Below, in pieces: positions 52,216 through 64,000 of a stretch of 64,000 bases of DNA (positions are counted from its first letter, which is position 1; every line of letters starts with the position of its first letter). Below the pieces are notes generated by a model that was not told where the DNA came from, did not search any database, and saw nothing but the letters and a program-made list of their open reading frames with translations. The translations under genes were made by a program, and so were the position numbers. The DNA comes from Azolla caroliniana (Eukaryota; Plantae; Polypodiophyta). The stretch lies in the NCBI GenBank assembly GCA_043228905.1, contig JBHGNT010000002.1:6262001-6326000 (forward strand), written 5' to 3'.

Positions 52216-52806
52216 TAGGCCATGTGAATAATACAAACCGCAAAAAAGAAATGGGGTCTTGATCATATTTTCTAAAGACTATTCCTTTCATAACATTGTC
52301 GATTAAGGGGACCCCATTTTCCTTTTCTTCGTTTGACATTATTATTATTTATTGATATTGCAGTAATAATGTTTTTAGCAATTATTGTCATCGTGAAGGC
52401 ATATGAAAGAATATTCATAAATAACTACAAAATAATTTGTAACATGATACGTGTTAGTCCATGCTAAGGAGTGGATGATCAAATCATGTAGTTGACAAAA
52501 CAATTTGATGAGTTGGTCGGTTGATCAAAAGCTATGGCTTTTGTTATGGATTAACAAAAAAAATCAATGTGTTCTCACAAGAATCCACAAATTCTAGGGT
52601 GTGAAAGATGCAAGCAAAACAATAGGTATCCTAGACCAGGAAAGATGGAATTTGATATTTCTACCTACGTTGATTTTGGTGAAGCCAATGTCTGTAGGAT
52701 GGCTTTTGTTATGGATTAATAAAAAAAAGGTCAATGTGTTCTCACTGATCAAAAGTGATGTCTTTTGTTATGGATTAACAAAAAAAGTCTATTGTGTTCT
52801 CACAAG

Positions 52807-53264
52807 TAACAATCGGCAACAGTTCGGTTCGGTTCAAGAGTGTCCAAACCGAACCAGTTTGGACCCGAACTGTTTACAAATCTTCAAACTTGAACCAAAC
52901 CAAACCACGAAACCATTTGGTAAAAATCCAAACCGTTAAACCGCTAAAACTACGGTTTCGTGGTTCGGTTTCGGTTTTCGACATAAGTCAAAATTCAAAA
53001 TGTAAAATTTAAAATTTAAAGATTTTTCCTATAATGTGAGAATTAGGCCTTAAAATAAAAATGTTGTTTAAAAAAAAAGTTTACAATTTATTTTATTTTT
53101 TTAGAATTAAAAAAACCATCGAACCGTTTAAACTGCGGTTTTAAACCATTAAAACCAAACAGAACCGAACCGTTCAACCCCCAAACCGAACTGAACTGTT
53201 AAAACCATTATGTTGCGGTTTCGTAGTTTGGTTCAGTTCGGAACTGAACTGTTGCCGATTGGTA
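52807..53264. mobile_element. hAT-type MITE, duplicated copy
   Basis: Same TIRs and TSD as 30466-30923. Confidence 0.88.
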
Positions 53265-53772
53265 CTCGCAAGAATCCACAAATTCTAGGGTGTGAAAGAT
53301 GCAAACAAAATAATAGATATCCTAGACTAGAAAAGATTGAATTTGATTTTACTACCTATGTTGATTTTGATGAAGCCAATGTGTGTAGGATGGCATGTCC
53401 ATGTACACTTGGCCCAATCCCTTCTTTAATTATATTTAGAAGCACTTAGGATTGTTCTCATGAGAGTGTGTGGGGATATCTACTTGGGTCTTTGAATTTC
53501 TTTATTTTAGGAGTGAGTGATTGTATAAGATCAATTGGGTGTTTGTAAGAATATGCATACCCAAGAAGGTACCAAGTCTCTGCATATGGTTGTTTTTAAT
53601 GGTTGTGTATGAGTATGAATGCAAGCATTCAAACGTTTGAAAACAAACACGTTTGAAAAGGGAAAAATGCATGGTGATTTTTCTTTGTTTTTCATTAGCT
53701 ATTACTACAAATTACCTCACTCTAGTGGTAAGTTGTCATGCCAATGTTGTTTATGTCTTGGGTTCAATCCCC

Positions 53773-54328
53773 AATTTTCTCATCTCTGTATCGTTAGTGT
53801 CATGTCATCAAACCAAAATTTTATGTTAGTGTTATATTAATTTTCTCATCTCTTTATCGTTAGTGTCATGTCATACCAAATTTTTATGTTAGTGTTATAT
53901 TGATTTTCTCATCTCTTTATCGTTAGTGTCATGTCATACCAAATTTTTATGTTAGTGTTATATTGATTTTCTCATCTCTTTATCGTTAGTGTCATGTCAT
54001 ACCAAATTTTTATGTTAGTGTTATATTGATTTTCTCATCTCTTTATCGTTAGTGTCATGTCATACCAAATTTTTATGTTAGTGTTATATTGATTTTCTCA
54101 TCTCTTTATCGTTAGTGTCATGTCATACCAAATTTTTATGTTAGTGTTATATTGATTTTCTCATCTCTTTATCGTTAGTGTCATGTCATACCAAATTTTT
54201 ATGTTAGTGTTATATTGATTTTCTCATCTCTTTATCGTTAGTGTCATGTCATACCAAATTTTTATGTTAGTGTTATATTGATTTTCTCATCTCTTTATCG
54301 TTAGTGTCATGTCATACCAAATTTTTAT
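53773..54328. repeat. 63-bp minisatellite, ~9 units, most of them identical
   Basis: Exact 63-bp periodicity (e.g. TTTTTATG at 53881, 53944, 54007). Confidence 0.95.
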
Positions 54329-57300
54329 GGTGTCGTATTGATTCTACTGCATTTGGACACTCTACACAATTAGGAGAGCTAAGGCTCCCACGTTGCCATG
54401 CTCCCATCGGTAGTGACTTATGTATTAATAGCCATTGGAACGTGGTAATTCGCCTCGCGTGTTGTTGTTTCCGGATTTTCTGCCAAAACTTGGTGATAAT
54501 TGTGTGAGGAACTTGATATGTGTGCCAAACCTTTGTAATTGCCGGCTCTCAGGCAGTTTGAGCAGCTAGGATGTGGTGATCCAATCTAGTTGTGAATTGG
54601 AAGAAAGGGATGGGTTTGCTTCCTTGCTCCTCGTAAGGATCACACCATGTCCATTGCAAAGGGTCCCAATTGACCTTACGTAGCCATGTGTTTTCATGAG
54701 TACATATGTGCCAATCGGGTTGTACTTTGATCGGATCAGGATCTACAATCCATTTATGACCAGTATACACGAGCACTCGAATTGCGTTATTCTTTGTTGG
54801 TGTCTCAATGGCGTGCAATTCAGAGCCTTTGATCCTGTCTGGTGATCCCCTACCTCTTGGGATCAAAGATCCCTCCTCCTCATCGCCTATCCATTTCTCC
54901 ATTGTTGTCCTATGAGTAGCGCCTTCCCTAATCAGTAGAGCGGTATTGATTTCTAATCTCATAGTCCATCCGCTCCTGATGCCATGGAGTATGTTGGCTT
55001 GATCTTGTAGTGGCAGTGACATAAACCGTCTCCAACATTCTATACTTTTTCCCGAACCTTCTGTAATGTATCCCCATGACAACCCCTTACTTTATCCAAG
55101 TAGTTAATTAGATTCATCCTTGATACATGGGTTCCATTGGATACGTTGACTGAGCCAGGCAGGTTCGGAACTCGGTTGATCGCACTTGAGCCCTTCTCTA
55201 ATGTCACACCATGCCTTCCACATGGATGCACTGAATTTATCCTCCAAATGGTGGGAGAAACTAGGTTTGAGATCCATGTTTAGAATCCATCCCGTTTGGG
55301 GGGCCCAATTAACCCCTTTTCTTGGCCTAAAGTAAGCGAAATGTAACCGCGGTAGCATTTTTCAAAAGTCATTTCCTGGTTGGAGTCCTTGCACCACAAA
55401 TTTGGGAAGTAAGGATTTTGATTGTGAGAGGGGATCAACCAAACCCAATCCCCCTCTCGACTTAGGTGTTGTGAGTATAGTCCATGCCACCTTGGCGCGA
55501 GTTACGTGATCTTCCTTACTAGACCAAATGTAGTTGCGTACCAGTCGTTGAATCTGATGTATACTGTCCTTGGAGATTTCCCAACATGATAGACTGTACC
55601 ATGTTGTTGCGAGTAGTACCTAGTTTCCCACTATGATGCGACCTGCTAGCGATAATTTTTTCGAACTCCAATGTATCAACTTTCGTCAAATGGAATGGAT
55701 AACAAGTGCAATCATAGTCTCCGGCGGTATGTTGAAACCAATTTGGAACCCCAAATATTTGGTGCTCGCTCCTTGATCGATCCATTTGAAAGCAGGATGT
55801 GGGTGCCACGCAGGATGTGTTTCATGAGAAAGCCATATTGCACAGGATTTGTGCCAATTGATCATGGCATTGGATCTCTTGCAAAATACGGCTAACCCAC
55901 TTTCAAGCTTTTGTAGGTTTTCCAAGTCCCCTTGCAGGTAGACCGTTGTGTCATCTGCAAATTATATATCCAGGATGCTTTGATGAGAATGAGGCACGGG
56001 AAGACCATGTAGGTTGAGATGCCGCGAGCTGAGAAAGCAAGAGAGTGCTTCGGCGTATAATAGAAATAAGGATGGAGCTAGTGGGCATCCCTGTCGTACA
56101 GATCGGGATATTTGGAAAAAGGGGCCCCTTTCACTTGCCAGTGAAATGCAACTATTGTCGATCCTATAAAGTCCTGCAATGCCTTTGATCCATGTCTCTT
56201 GAAAGCCGAGTTTCCCCATCACACTTTCAAGAAAGTTCCAGCAAACCCTGTCATATGCTTTCTCAAAATCTAGTAGCACCACCGCTACCTTGTTGTTGGT
56301 ACACTTGGCAAGGGCTACTGCTTCCCAGAATGAGAAGAGGTTGTCTAGGATGCTTTGATTTCTAACGAAACCTGTCTGGGATGGATGAATGAGTTGAGGG
56401 AGAAGAGGTGTTAACCGGCATGGCACGATTTTTGCGAGCAACTTATAGACAATATTGAGAAGAGTTATGGGCCGCCACTTGCTAATGTCGTTGGCACTAC
56501 CACCACTTTTAGGAATGAGATGTATCATCCCTTGTCCAAATTCCTCTAGTATGTTTCCAGACGTGATGATCTCCTCATATGTCTGGAGGAGGTCTTCTTT
56601 AATAGTGTCCCAAAGGCATGTGAAAAAGTGAGGGGTGAGGCCGTCGATTCCGGGCCAACTATCTACGTCCAAATCAAAGAGGGCCTCCCATATCTCGATG
56701 GTTGATAGGGTACGCAAGAGCCATGTATTCATTTCCGTCGTGAATTTCTTGGGTATGCTTTGGAGGATAATATCTTCTCTTATGTCTTCCCCTATGGCCA
56801 TAATATCTTCAGTAAGTAGGTGCTTATAGTAACCTGTGGCAATATTCCTCATTTCATCGCCATCCTCAGTGGTCATTCCATCCGCTCGGTTGAGGCCGCG
56901 CATCATTGTTCTAGCGTGCCTCGGGCCTTTGGAGCAGAAGAATTCCTTCGTGGTTTTGTTCCCTACTCTAATCCATCGCACCATGCTTCCATGAAACTCC
57001 ATGTCGTATATTTCCTTTTCTGCCATGCTGAGTTCATGTTTGGCCATGGCTACTTGTCCTACAATCCAACTACATGACGGATATCTCTGTTGGAGTCATT
57101 GTAAGGCTATTATTCCCCGTTTTGTCCTTTGTCCCTTTTCTTGAGCATCCTTGCTTCTGGTCTTGACAAACTCATGTAGGAGAGTTGAAGCTCTTGTTAA
57201 TTTAGCTAGAAGTTTGTCAGATACTGATGAGACATTAACAAGTAATGACCATTGGTTGGAGAGTTGTTCCTTCACCTTTATAACTATGTAGATAGTGTGT

Positions 57301-58225
57301 GGGATGTGAGGCTGGAATGGGCCCCATTTTCGGTGCAATTGGAAATGACCAACTACCGGGTAATGGTCAGAGAAAGTCATGCCTGGAGTTATGCGACACC
57401 ACCCTCCCTTTGCTTCTAGAGCCGCGCCCGCATAAATGCGGTCAATGCGGGAAAGAGTGGGTTCACTATTCCGCCCATCTGATCGGGAGAATAAGAGAGA
57501 GTCCCTTTTTCGTTGGAAGTTGTCAGAATGCCAAATGTCTCGCAAGTTAAGGTGTACACATAGCTTCTCCCATTGTTTACGTTCCCTTCCTTGTAGAACT
57601 ATGGGATTGTTGTTGGAGCTATCATGAATGGATTCGATCTTATTAAAATCCCCTCCAATGCACCACTCTTCCGCACCCGCTACTTGTAGGCGGATGTGTT
57701 CCCAGAATGTTGCCCTTTCTGTTCTGCTATTTGGAGCATAAACATTCATGAAATTCCAGTGTTGCCCTTGGATGGCCAACGTGCAAAAATATGCCCTACC
57801 AGGTATAAGTGATTCCTGGTGTATGAGGCCTTGAGTTAGATGTTCCCGAATTAGAGTGCAAATACCACCATGATTTCCATCATCCCCTATTGTTGGCTCC
57901 CAAATTGTTCACCATGATCTTGATAAAAGATCTCCAACTTCCTTTAAACGAGTACTATCAAGGTGATGTTCCTGCAACATGATGATGTCATCATCACACC
58001 CTAATATATATTCCTCAAGATCTCTTCTTAGTTTCCATCTATTTTGCTGGTCCAATCGACTCCTGAGCCCTTGCACATTCCATGTTACAATCTTCATAAT
58101 TATGGAATGGAGTGGGAGATTTGTGCCTGATGCTTTGCACAACATGTTGTGAGTGGGGAGCACTCACCATTTAGACAGCCCGTCATTTCCATTGATGGAA
58201 TGATGGTCCACATCCATGAGTGGAG

Positions 58226-61200
58226 TGTTGCAAAACAGCGCTCGGTCACAAACCGAGGAATAGGATCAACTCACAGAAAACGGGAAATACAAAGTGCACG
58301 AAGACAATAGAGAGAAGAGTACACAGGGTGTTTTACGTGGAAAACCCTAAATGGGAAAAACCACGGGAGTCCTCAAACTCCAACTATCACTATACACAGA
58401 GATGTACAATGGTGAAGCTACAAGGCAACAACCTTGAGCTCACTGTCTTCGCCGCAGGCGGCGGTAATACACAGAGGCGTCGACCTGTTCCTTTCTCTCT
58501 CTCTCTCTCTCTCTCGGCTGCTCTCACTTCGCTCTCTCGGCTGAAAACATAAGGTGAGCAACAACATAAAACTGTTTGCCCTAAGTCATATTTATAGGCA
58601 TATGACTTTCGGGCTATTTACAAATATAGCCTCAAGGGCCCTTGGCAGACATATTCACAAATATGTCCCCGCATCCGGATCTCGCTCCGGGTACCTTCAT
58701 CATCCGGCTCCGTAGCCGGGGTCTTCATCATCCGGCTCCGTAGCCGGGGTCTTCATCATCCGGCTCTGTAACCGGGACCGTAACCGTAACCGGGATTGCC
58801 GTCATTCATCTCCGGACATCCCATCCGGAGGGACCGAAATCCCAACAAACTCCCCCTTCACTTCGGCATGGGATGTCTCTCCAATCCGATCCTCTTCCGG
58901 CATGCTTCCAGCTTGTCGGGTGTGAGTACCTTGGTCAGCATATCCGACCCGTTCTCGTCCGTGTGGATCTTCGTCAGCACGAAGTCCTTGTCTTCTATCC
59001 TTTCCCGGATCCAGTGGTATCTACGCTGGATGTGCTTCGTCCGGGAGTGATAGGCCGCATTCTTCGCAAGGTGGATGGCACTCTGACTGTCGCAGTAGAG
59101 TCGGTACTCCTCCTGCCGGATACCGAGCTCTCTAATGAAGTCCTTCATCCATATTATTTCCTTGCCGGCTTCAACAGCCGCCATGTACTCCGCCTCCGTA
59201 GTTGACAAGGCAACCGTCTTCTGCAGCCTCGACTGCCACGAAACAGCTCCTCCTGCATACGTCATCACATACCCTGATGTGGACCGGCTGGTATCTTCAT
59301 CAGCCGACATATCCGAATCGGTAAAGCCGTCGAGTTCGGGCTTACCGGAGCCGAATCGGAGGCACACGTTTGTCGTGCCCTTCAAGTATCGGAGTATCCA
59401 CTTGACCGTGTTCCAGTGCTCTTTGCCGGGATTGCTCATGTACCGGCTCACCACTCCGACTGCGTATCCTATGTCCGGTCTTGTACACACCATTGCGTAC
59501 ATCAAGCTTCCGACGGCAGAGGCATATGGTACTTTCATCATGTCCTCCTTCTCAGCCTTTGTCTTGGGGCTTTGCTTGCTGGACAACTTGCAATTTGCCG
59601 GGAGTGTTGACCCGACCGGTCTTGCTTCCGACATGTTGAACCGGTGAAGCACCTTTGTCACGTACTTCTCCTGTGACAGCCACAACTGCTTCTTCTTCCG
59701 GTCCCGGATAATGTGCATCCCTAGTATTTGCCTCGCCGGACCCAGGTCCTTCATTGAGAAGGTTCGGTGAAGAGCCTTCTTCAGCATCCGTATCTTGACC
59801 TGGTCTCGTCCGACGATCAACATGTCGTCCACGTACAGGAGGAGTATTAGAAAGTCTCCTCCTTCGAACTTCTTCACAAACACGCAGTGGTCGGACTGCG
59901 TTTTGAGGTACCCTTCGTCGGTCATGAAAGAGTCGAACTTCCGGTACCATTGCCGGGGAGCCTGCTTCAGTCCGTAAAGGCTCTTCTTCAACCGGCATAC
60001 CAGGTGCTCCTTCCCTTTCTTCTCGAATCCTTCCGGTTGCTGCATGAAGATCTCCTCTTCGAGGTCACCGTGAAGGAATGCCGTCTTCACGTCCATCTGT
60101 TCTACCTCGAGGTCCATGCTTGCCGCTATGCTCAGCACCGTCCGGATGGAGGTCATCTTCACTACTGGGGCAAATATCTCGTCGAAGTCGACGCCCTTCT
60201 TCTGCTGGAACCCCTTCACCACGATCCTGGCTTTGTATCTCGGGGGGTTTCCGGCATCTCCCGGTTTCAGCTTGAACACCCACTTGTTTCGAAGTGCACG
60301 CTTTCCTTTCGGCAACTCCACAAGTTCATATGTGTGGTTCTCATGCAGGGAATCCATCTCCTCCTGCATGGCACTTAACCACCTGCGGCTATGGGTGTCA
60401 AGTTTTGCTTCTTCAAAGCTCTCCGGCTCCCCTTCGTCGGTTAGCAGCACGTGCTCTGGTTCCGGAAATCTTCGGGGGGCCCTTCTCTCTCTTAGAGGAT
60501 ATCTCCGTTCCGGAGCTTCGGTAACCGGCTCCTCCGTTTCCTCTTCATCCGAATCCATTTCGGGATCGGGGCCAGTTCCGGTATCAGTTTCATCTTCCTC
60601 GGCCGGTTCTGTTTCTTCACCGTCTTCGGCCGGATCCTCGAGTGCTAACGGGTCCCTTGCCGGTCGGGACTGCTCTTCGTAGAGTTGATCCTCACCGGTC
60701 GACTTGGAGCTCTTCATCTTCTTCTCCGACTCCCAGTCGGCGAGTGTCTTGTCCTCCATGAAGATGATATCTCGACTCCTGAATATCTTCTTGTCGACCG
60801 GGTCCCATACTCGGTAGCCGAACTCGTCGTCGCCGTAACCGAGGAATATGCATGGCCGGGTCTTTGGATCTAACTTTCCTCTCCGGTCCTTTGCCACATG
60901 CACGTATGCGAGACACCCGAACACCTTCAGATGCCGGTAGGACACTTCCTTACCGGTCCACACTTTCTGCGGCGTGTCTCCGTCCAAAGGTACTGAGGGT
61001 GATCTATTTATCACATACGTCGCCGTCAACATTGCCTCAGCCCAAAATCCCTTGGGTAATTTCGCATGTGCTAGCATACTCCGGACCCTCTCCATTATGG
61101 TCCGGTTCATCCTCTCGGCCAGCCCGTTCAGTTCCGGCGTCTTCGGCACAGTAAACTCGAGCCGGATTCCCTTCGAGCGACAGTACTCTGCGAACTGCCC

Positions 61201-63553
61201 CCGGTATTCCCCTCCGTTATCCGCTCGTATCGCTTTCAGCTTCTTGCCGGATTCTCTTTCCACTCTCGCGTGGAGTTCTTTGAAGACGGACAATACTTGG
61301 TCCTTTGTCTTCAACGGTGCCGTCCACAGCTTCCGGCTATGGTCATCTATGAATGTTGCGAAGTACTGAGCTCCGCCATGTGACTTCGCTTCTACTTGAC
61401 ACACATCAGTGTGTACCAACTCCAATGGTGCGCTACGTCTCGTCGGTGGCCTTGAGTGGAAGGAGGTCTGGTTTTGCTTACCGGCCAGACAGTCGGTACA
61501 CTTCCCTAGGTGTACGTGCTTTACCGGTATCAGGTTGTCATCGGCAAGCCTCTTCATCCCCTTCTCACTCATGTGGCACAGTCTCTTGTGCCACAGCTCA
61601 CCGGCAGTGTCGGCTGCCACGTTCAGCTCCTCCGGACATAGCCGGGAATTCATCAGGTATAGTGTATTGACCTTCCGGGCCCGAGCCACTATCAGGCTCC
61701 CTTTGCTGAACTTCATGACACCGTTCCGGATGCTACCCGTGTAGCCTTCATCATCTAGCCTCCCGGCCGAGATCAGGTTCAATCGGACCTCCGGGACGTG
61801 TCGAACATCCTTCAGCAGCATCTTGCATCCGGTTGATGTCATAAGCCACACGTCTCCTATGCCGGCAATCCGGCATGTGCCTTCATTTCCCATCCGGACA
61901 CAGCCGTGCTCACCGGCTGTGTAGGATGAGAAGTATTTCTTCTCCGGGGTCAGGTGGAACGACGCTCCGGAATCGACCACCCAGGTCATCTCTACACCGG
62001 CAAGGTTCAGCTCCCTCTCTTCGGTAATGAGCATTATCTCTTCTTCACTTGCCGCGAGTGCCGTCGTTCCTTTCCGGTCCTGCCCTCGCTGATCCGGACC
62101 TCTCCAGTCCGTGGCTCCCCGGTATGCACCGTTTCTCTCCGGTGACTTCTTCGAATCGGTGTCGTCGGCTCCGTTGTCCTTTCGGTAATGCCGACAATTC
62201 TTCCGGAAGTGCCCCGGCTTCCCACAGTGGAAGCATGTGGGCCTTCCTCTTGACAGCGACCGGGTCCCCGACTTCTCCCGTCTTTGCGGACTCCGGTTCC
62301 ATTGTCTTCCCCGATCCGATTCGGTAAGCAGCATCTTCGGATCGGAAACCGGTTCTTTATCTCTCCGACGCGCTTCTTCGTTCAAAATGCTCGTCTTTAC
62401 CGTTTGTAGAGACAAGTTATCTTCGGTGCAGGAGGTGCTGAGAGTCACCACCAAGTTCTCCCAGCTTTCCGGCAATGTACACATCAGAATGATGGCTTGC
62501 ATTGCATCCTCCAACGGGAACTTGATCGCCGCAAGCTGGTTCACGAGTCCCATGAACGTGCTCACGTGTTTCACCATATTCTCGCCGTCCCGGTACTTGA
62601 GATTCACTATCTTCCTCATCAGGGAGGTCCGGTTCAACGCATTCTTCCTCTCGTAGAGGCCCGACAGCTTCTTCCACATCTCATATGCGTTGGTGTCATT
62701 CGCCACATGTTGTAGAACGCTTACATCGACATATTGCCGGATCGTCGCTACGGCTTTCCGGTTCAGGAGCTTCCACTCCGACTCTATTACCCCCTTGGGT
62801 ATCTCGGCATTGTCGATCGGTTCATACAGGTCTCGGACGATGAGAAGGTCTTCCATCTTTATCTTCCAGTCGGCGTAGTTCTGTGAGTTCAACACCATCA
62901 TGCCCGGAGGCCCACTACCGCCGCCTTCCATTTTCTGTGTTACCGTGCTCTGATACCAATTTGTTGCAAAACAGCGCTCGGTCACAAACCGAGGAATAGG
63001 ATCAACTCACAGAAAACGGGAAATACAAAGTGCACGAAGACAATAGAGAGAAGAGTACACAGGGTGTTTTACGTGGAAAACCCTAAATGGGAAAAACCAC
63101 GGGAGTCCTCAAACTCCAACTATCACTATACACAGAGATGTACAATGGTGAAGCTACAAGGCAACAACCTTGAGCTCACTGTCTTCGCCGCAGGCGGCGG
63201 TAATACACAGAGGCGTCGACCTGTTCCTTTCTCTCTCTCTCTCTCTCTCGGCTGCTCTCACTTCGCTCTCTCGGCTGAAAACATAAGGTGAGCAACAACA
63301 TAAAACTGTTTGCCCTAAGTCATATTTATACGCATATGACTTTCGGGCTATTTACAAATATAGCCTCAAGGGCCCTTGGCAGACATATTCACAAATATGT
63401 CCCCGCATCCGGATCTCGCTCCGGGTACCTTCATCATCCGGCTCCGTAGCCGGGGTCTTCATCATCCGGCTCTGTAACCGGGACCGTAACCGTAACCGGG
63501 ATTGCCGTCATTCATCTCCGGACATCCCATCCGGAGGGACCGAAATCCCAACA
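58226..63553 (-). mobile_element. Ty1/copia element E, intact and very young; LTRs 58226-58847 and 62962-63553
   Basis: TSD TGGAG at 58221-58225 and 63554-63558. PBS at 62947-62958, PPT at 58848-58860. The empty site is visible in unit 1 at ~37736-37740. Confidence 0.97.
58858..62931 (-). CDS. Uninterrupted copia Gag-Pol polyprotein (1357 aa from the ATG at 62931)
   Basis: CFHCGKPGHFRKNC knuckle, WVVDSGAS protease, integrase (HTDV, DNGGEY, NGLAERMN), RT LYVDDML, RNase H. Confidence 0.95.
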   Translation of the reverse strand: MEGGGSGPPGMMVLNSQNYADWKIKMEDLLIVRDLYEPIDNAEIPKGVIESEWKLLNRKAVATIRQYVDVSVLQHVANDTNAYEMWKKLSGLYERKNALNRTSLMRKIVNLKYRDGENMVKHVSTFMGLVNQLAAIKFPLEDAMQAIILMCTLPESWENLVVTLSTSCTEDNLSLQTVKTSILNEEARRRDKEPVSDPKMLLTESDRGRQWNRSPQRREKSGTRSLSRGRPTCFHCGKPGHFRKNCRHYRKDNGADDTDSKKSPERNGAYRGATDWRGPDQRGQDRKGTTALAASEEEIMLITEERELNLAGVEMTWVVDSGASFHLTPEKKYFSSYTAGEHGCVRMGNEGTCRIAGIGDVWLMTSTGCKMLLKDVRHVPEVRLNLISAGRLDDEGYTGSIRNGVMKFSKGSLIVARARKVNTLYLMNSRLCPEELNVAADTAGELWHKRLCHMSEKGMKRLADDNLIPVKHVHLGKCTDCLAGKQNQTSFHSRPPTRRSAPLELVHTDVCQVEAKSHGGAQYFATFIDDHSRKLWTAPLKTKDQVLSVFKELHARVERESGKKLKAIRADNGGEYRGQFAEYCRSKGIRLEFTVPKTPELNGLAERMNRTIMERVRSMLAHAKLPKGFWAEAMLTATYVINRSPSVPLDGDTPQKVWTGKEVSYRHLKVFGCLAYVHVAKDRRGKLDPKTRPCIFLGYGDDEFGYRVWDPVDKKIFRSRDIIFMEDKTLADWESEKKMKSSKSTGEDQLYEEQSRPARDPLALEDPAEDGEETEPAEEDETDTGTGPDPEMDSDEEETEEPVTEAPERRYPLRERRAPRRFPEPEHVLLTDEGEPESFEEAKLDTHSRRWLSAMQEEMDSLHENHTYELVELPKGKRALRNKWVFKLKPGDAGNPPRYKARIVVKGFQQKKGVDFDEIFAPVVKMTSIRTVLSIAASMDLEVEQMDVKTAFLHGDLEEEIFMQQPEGFEKKGKEHLVCRLKKSLYGLKQAPRQWYRKFDSFMTDEGYLKTQSDHCVFVKKFEGGDFLILLLYVDDMLIVGRDQVKIRMLKKALHRTFSMKDLGPARQILGMHIIRDRKKKQLWLSQEKYVTKVLHRFNMSEARPVGSTLPANCKLSSKQSPKTKAEKEDMMKVPYASAVGSLMYAMVCTRPDIGYAVGVVSRYMSNPGKEHWNTVKWILRYLKGTTNVCLRFGSGKPELDGFTDSDMSADEDTSRSTSGYVMTYAGGAVSWQSRLQKTVALSTTEAEYMAAVEAGKEIIWMKDFIRELGIRQEEYRLYCDSQSAIHLAKNAAYHSRTKHIQRRYHWIRERIEDKDFVLTKIHTDENGSDMLTKVLTPDKLEACRKRIGLERHPMPK

Positions 63554-63802
63554 TGGAGTTTGTGGGCTATCTTGTGAGCTGCAACCGCCCCTTCATGCTT
63601 CTCATAGAAATAGAAAAGGCTTGGAGTTAGTTCGGTGTCTATGATAGTCCGCAGGTGGATGTGGCGGAGATGAGGTTCCTCTTCATCCATGGTGCACCAG
63701 AATTCAGTGTTATGCCAATGCTGCTTTTAAATGACCAAGTTTTTTGCATGCAAAACATTGCTCCGGTGCGCCAATCACTTCTATGCGTTGAATGTGTGTA
63801 TT

Positions 63803-64000
63803 TGTTGAGAGACAAGCTCAACATCGGCCGGATCGGTTGAGCAAGCCGAGGACTGGATTGGTTGGGACCAATCGGTTAGGCCGGACCGGTACGCAGACCG
63901 GTGCGTAGGAAGGCCGTATCGGTGCATAAACCGAAAGGCCGTTAGAGAGATATTCCTCGTAAGGAATAGTTTTGGGAGTAAGAGTCGAAGCTCATTTATG
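63803..64000 (+). mobile_element. Start of the duplicated copia G LTR (runs off the window)
   Basis: Matches 38708-38905. Confidence 0.9.

Larger units (their letters stand above)
54329..63802 (-). mobile_element. Duplicated LINE: 3' end deleted, interrupted by copia E, ~0.7-kb ORF1 deletion near 63725
   Basis: Matches 33868-38707; ORFs 55962-57047 (RT) and 57096-57779 (APE: NVYAPN, GGDFN, RIDR, SDH). Confidence 0.9.

Noticed and set aside
53773-54328. Regular 63-bp array as a possible CRISPR-like locus
   Set aside because: Units are head-to-tail and near-identical, with no unique spacers and no cas genes; it is a minisatellite in eukaryotic DNA.
62932-62985. N-terminal extension of the 1375-aa copia ORF
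   Set aside because: It overlaps the PBS and LTR and starts at a non-ATG codon; ATG 62931 matches the start position in B/D.

Overview
This is eukaryotic land-plant DNA, probably from a non-seed plant such as a fern (an inference from the transposon types). It is mostly nested and decayed retrotransposons: Ty1/copia, Ty3/gypsy including a chromovirus, and an L1/Tx1-like LINE. There is also a hAT-type MITE. The only host genes are three paralogous two-exon short-chain dehydrogenase/reductase (SDR110C-like) genes of 272 aa: SDR1 (+, 4652-5820), SDR2 (-, 28240-29368) and SDR3 (-, 50581-51709). SDR1 and SDR2 derive from an older inverted duplication. SDR2 and SDR3 lie in a tandem segmental duplication (unit 1 ~22756-39893; unit 2 ~39894 to beyond the window end). 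The most notable observations are: (1) a ~5 kb tract around SDR2/SDR3 that is far more similar than the rest of the duplication; (2) replacement changes concentrated in the SDR3 substrate-binding loop, plus a TATA-box change in SDR3; (3) a 128-bp piece of SDR intron inserted in a copia LTR; (4) a decayed SDR exon in the SDR2/3 promoters; (5) a chromovirus with a Tf1-like self-priming signature; (6) an intact, very young copia whose capsid domain appears swapped relative to its relatives. No prokaryotic systems, CRISPR arrays or RNA genes were found. All alignments and divergence figures are by eye.
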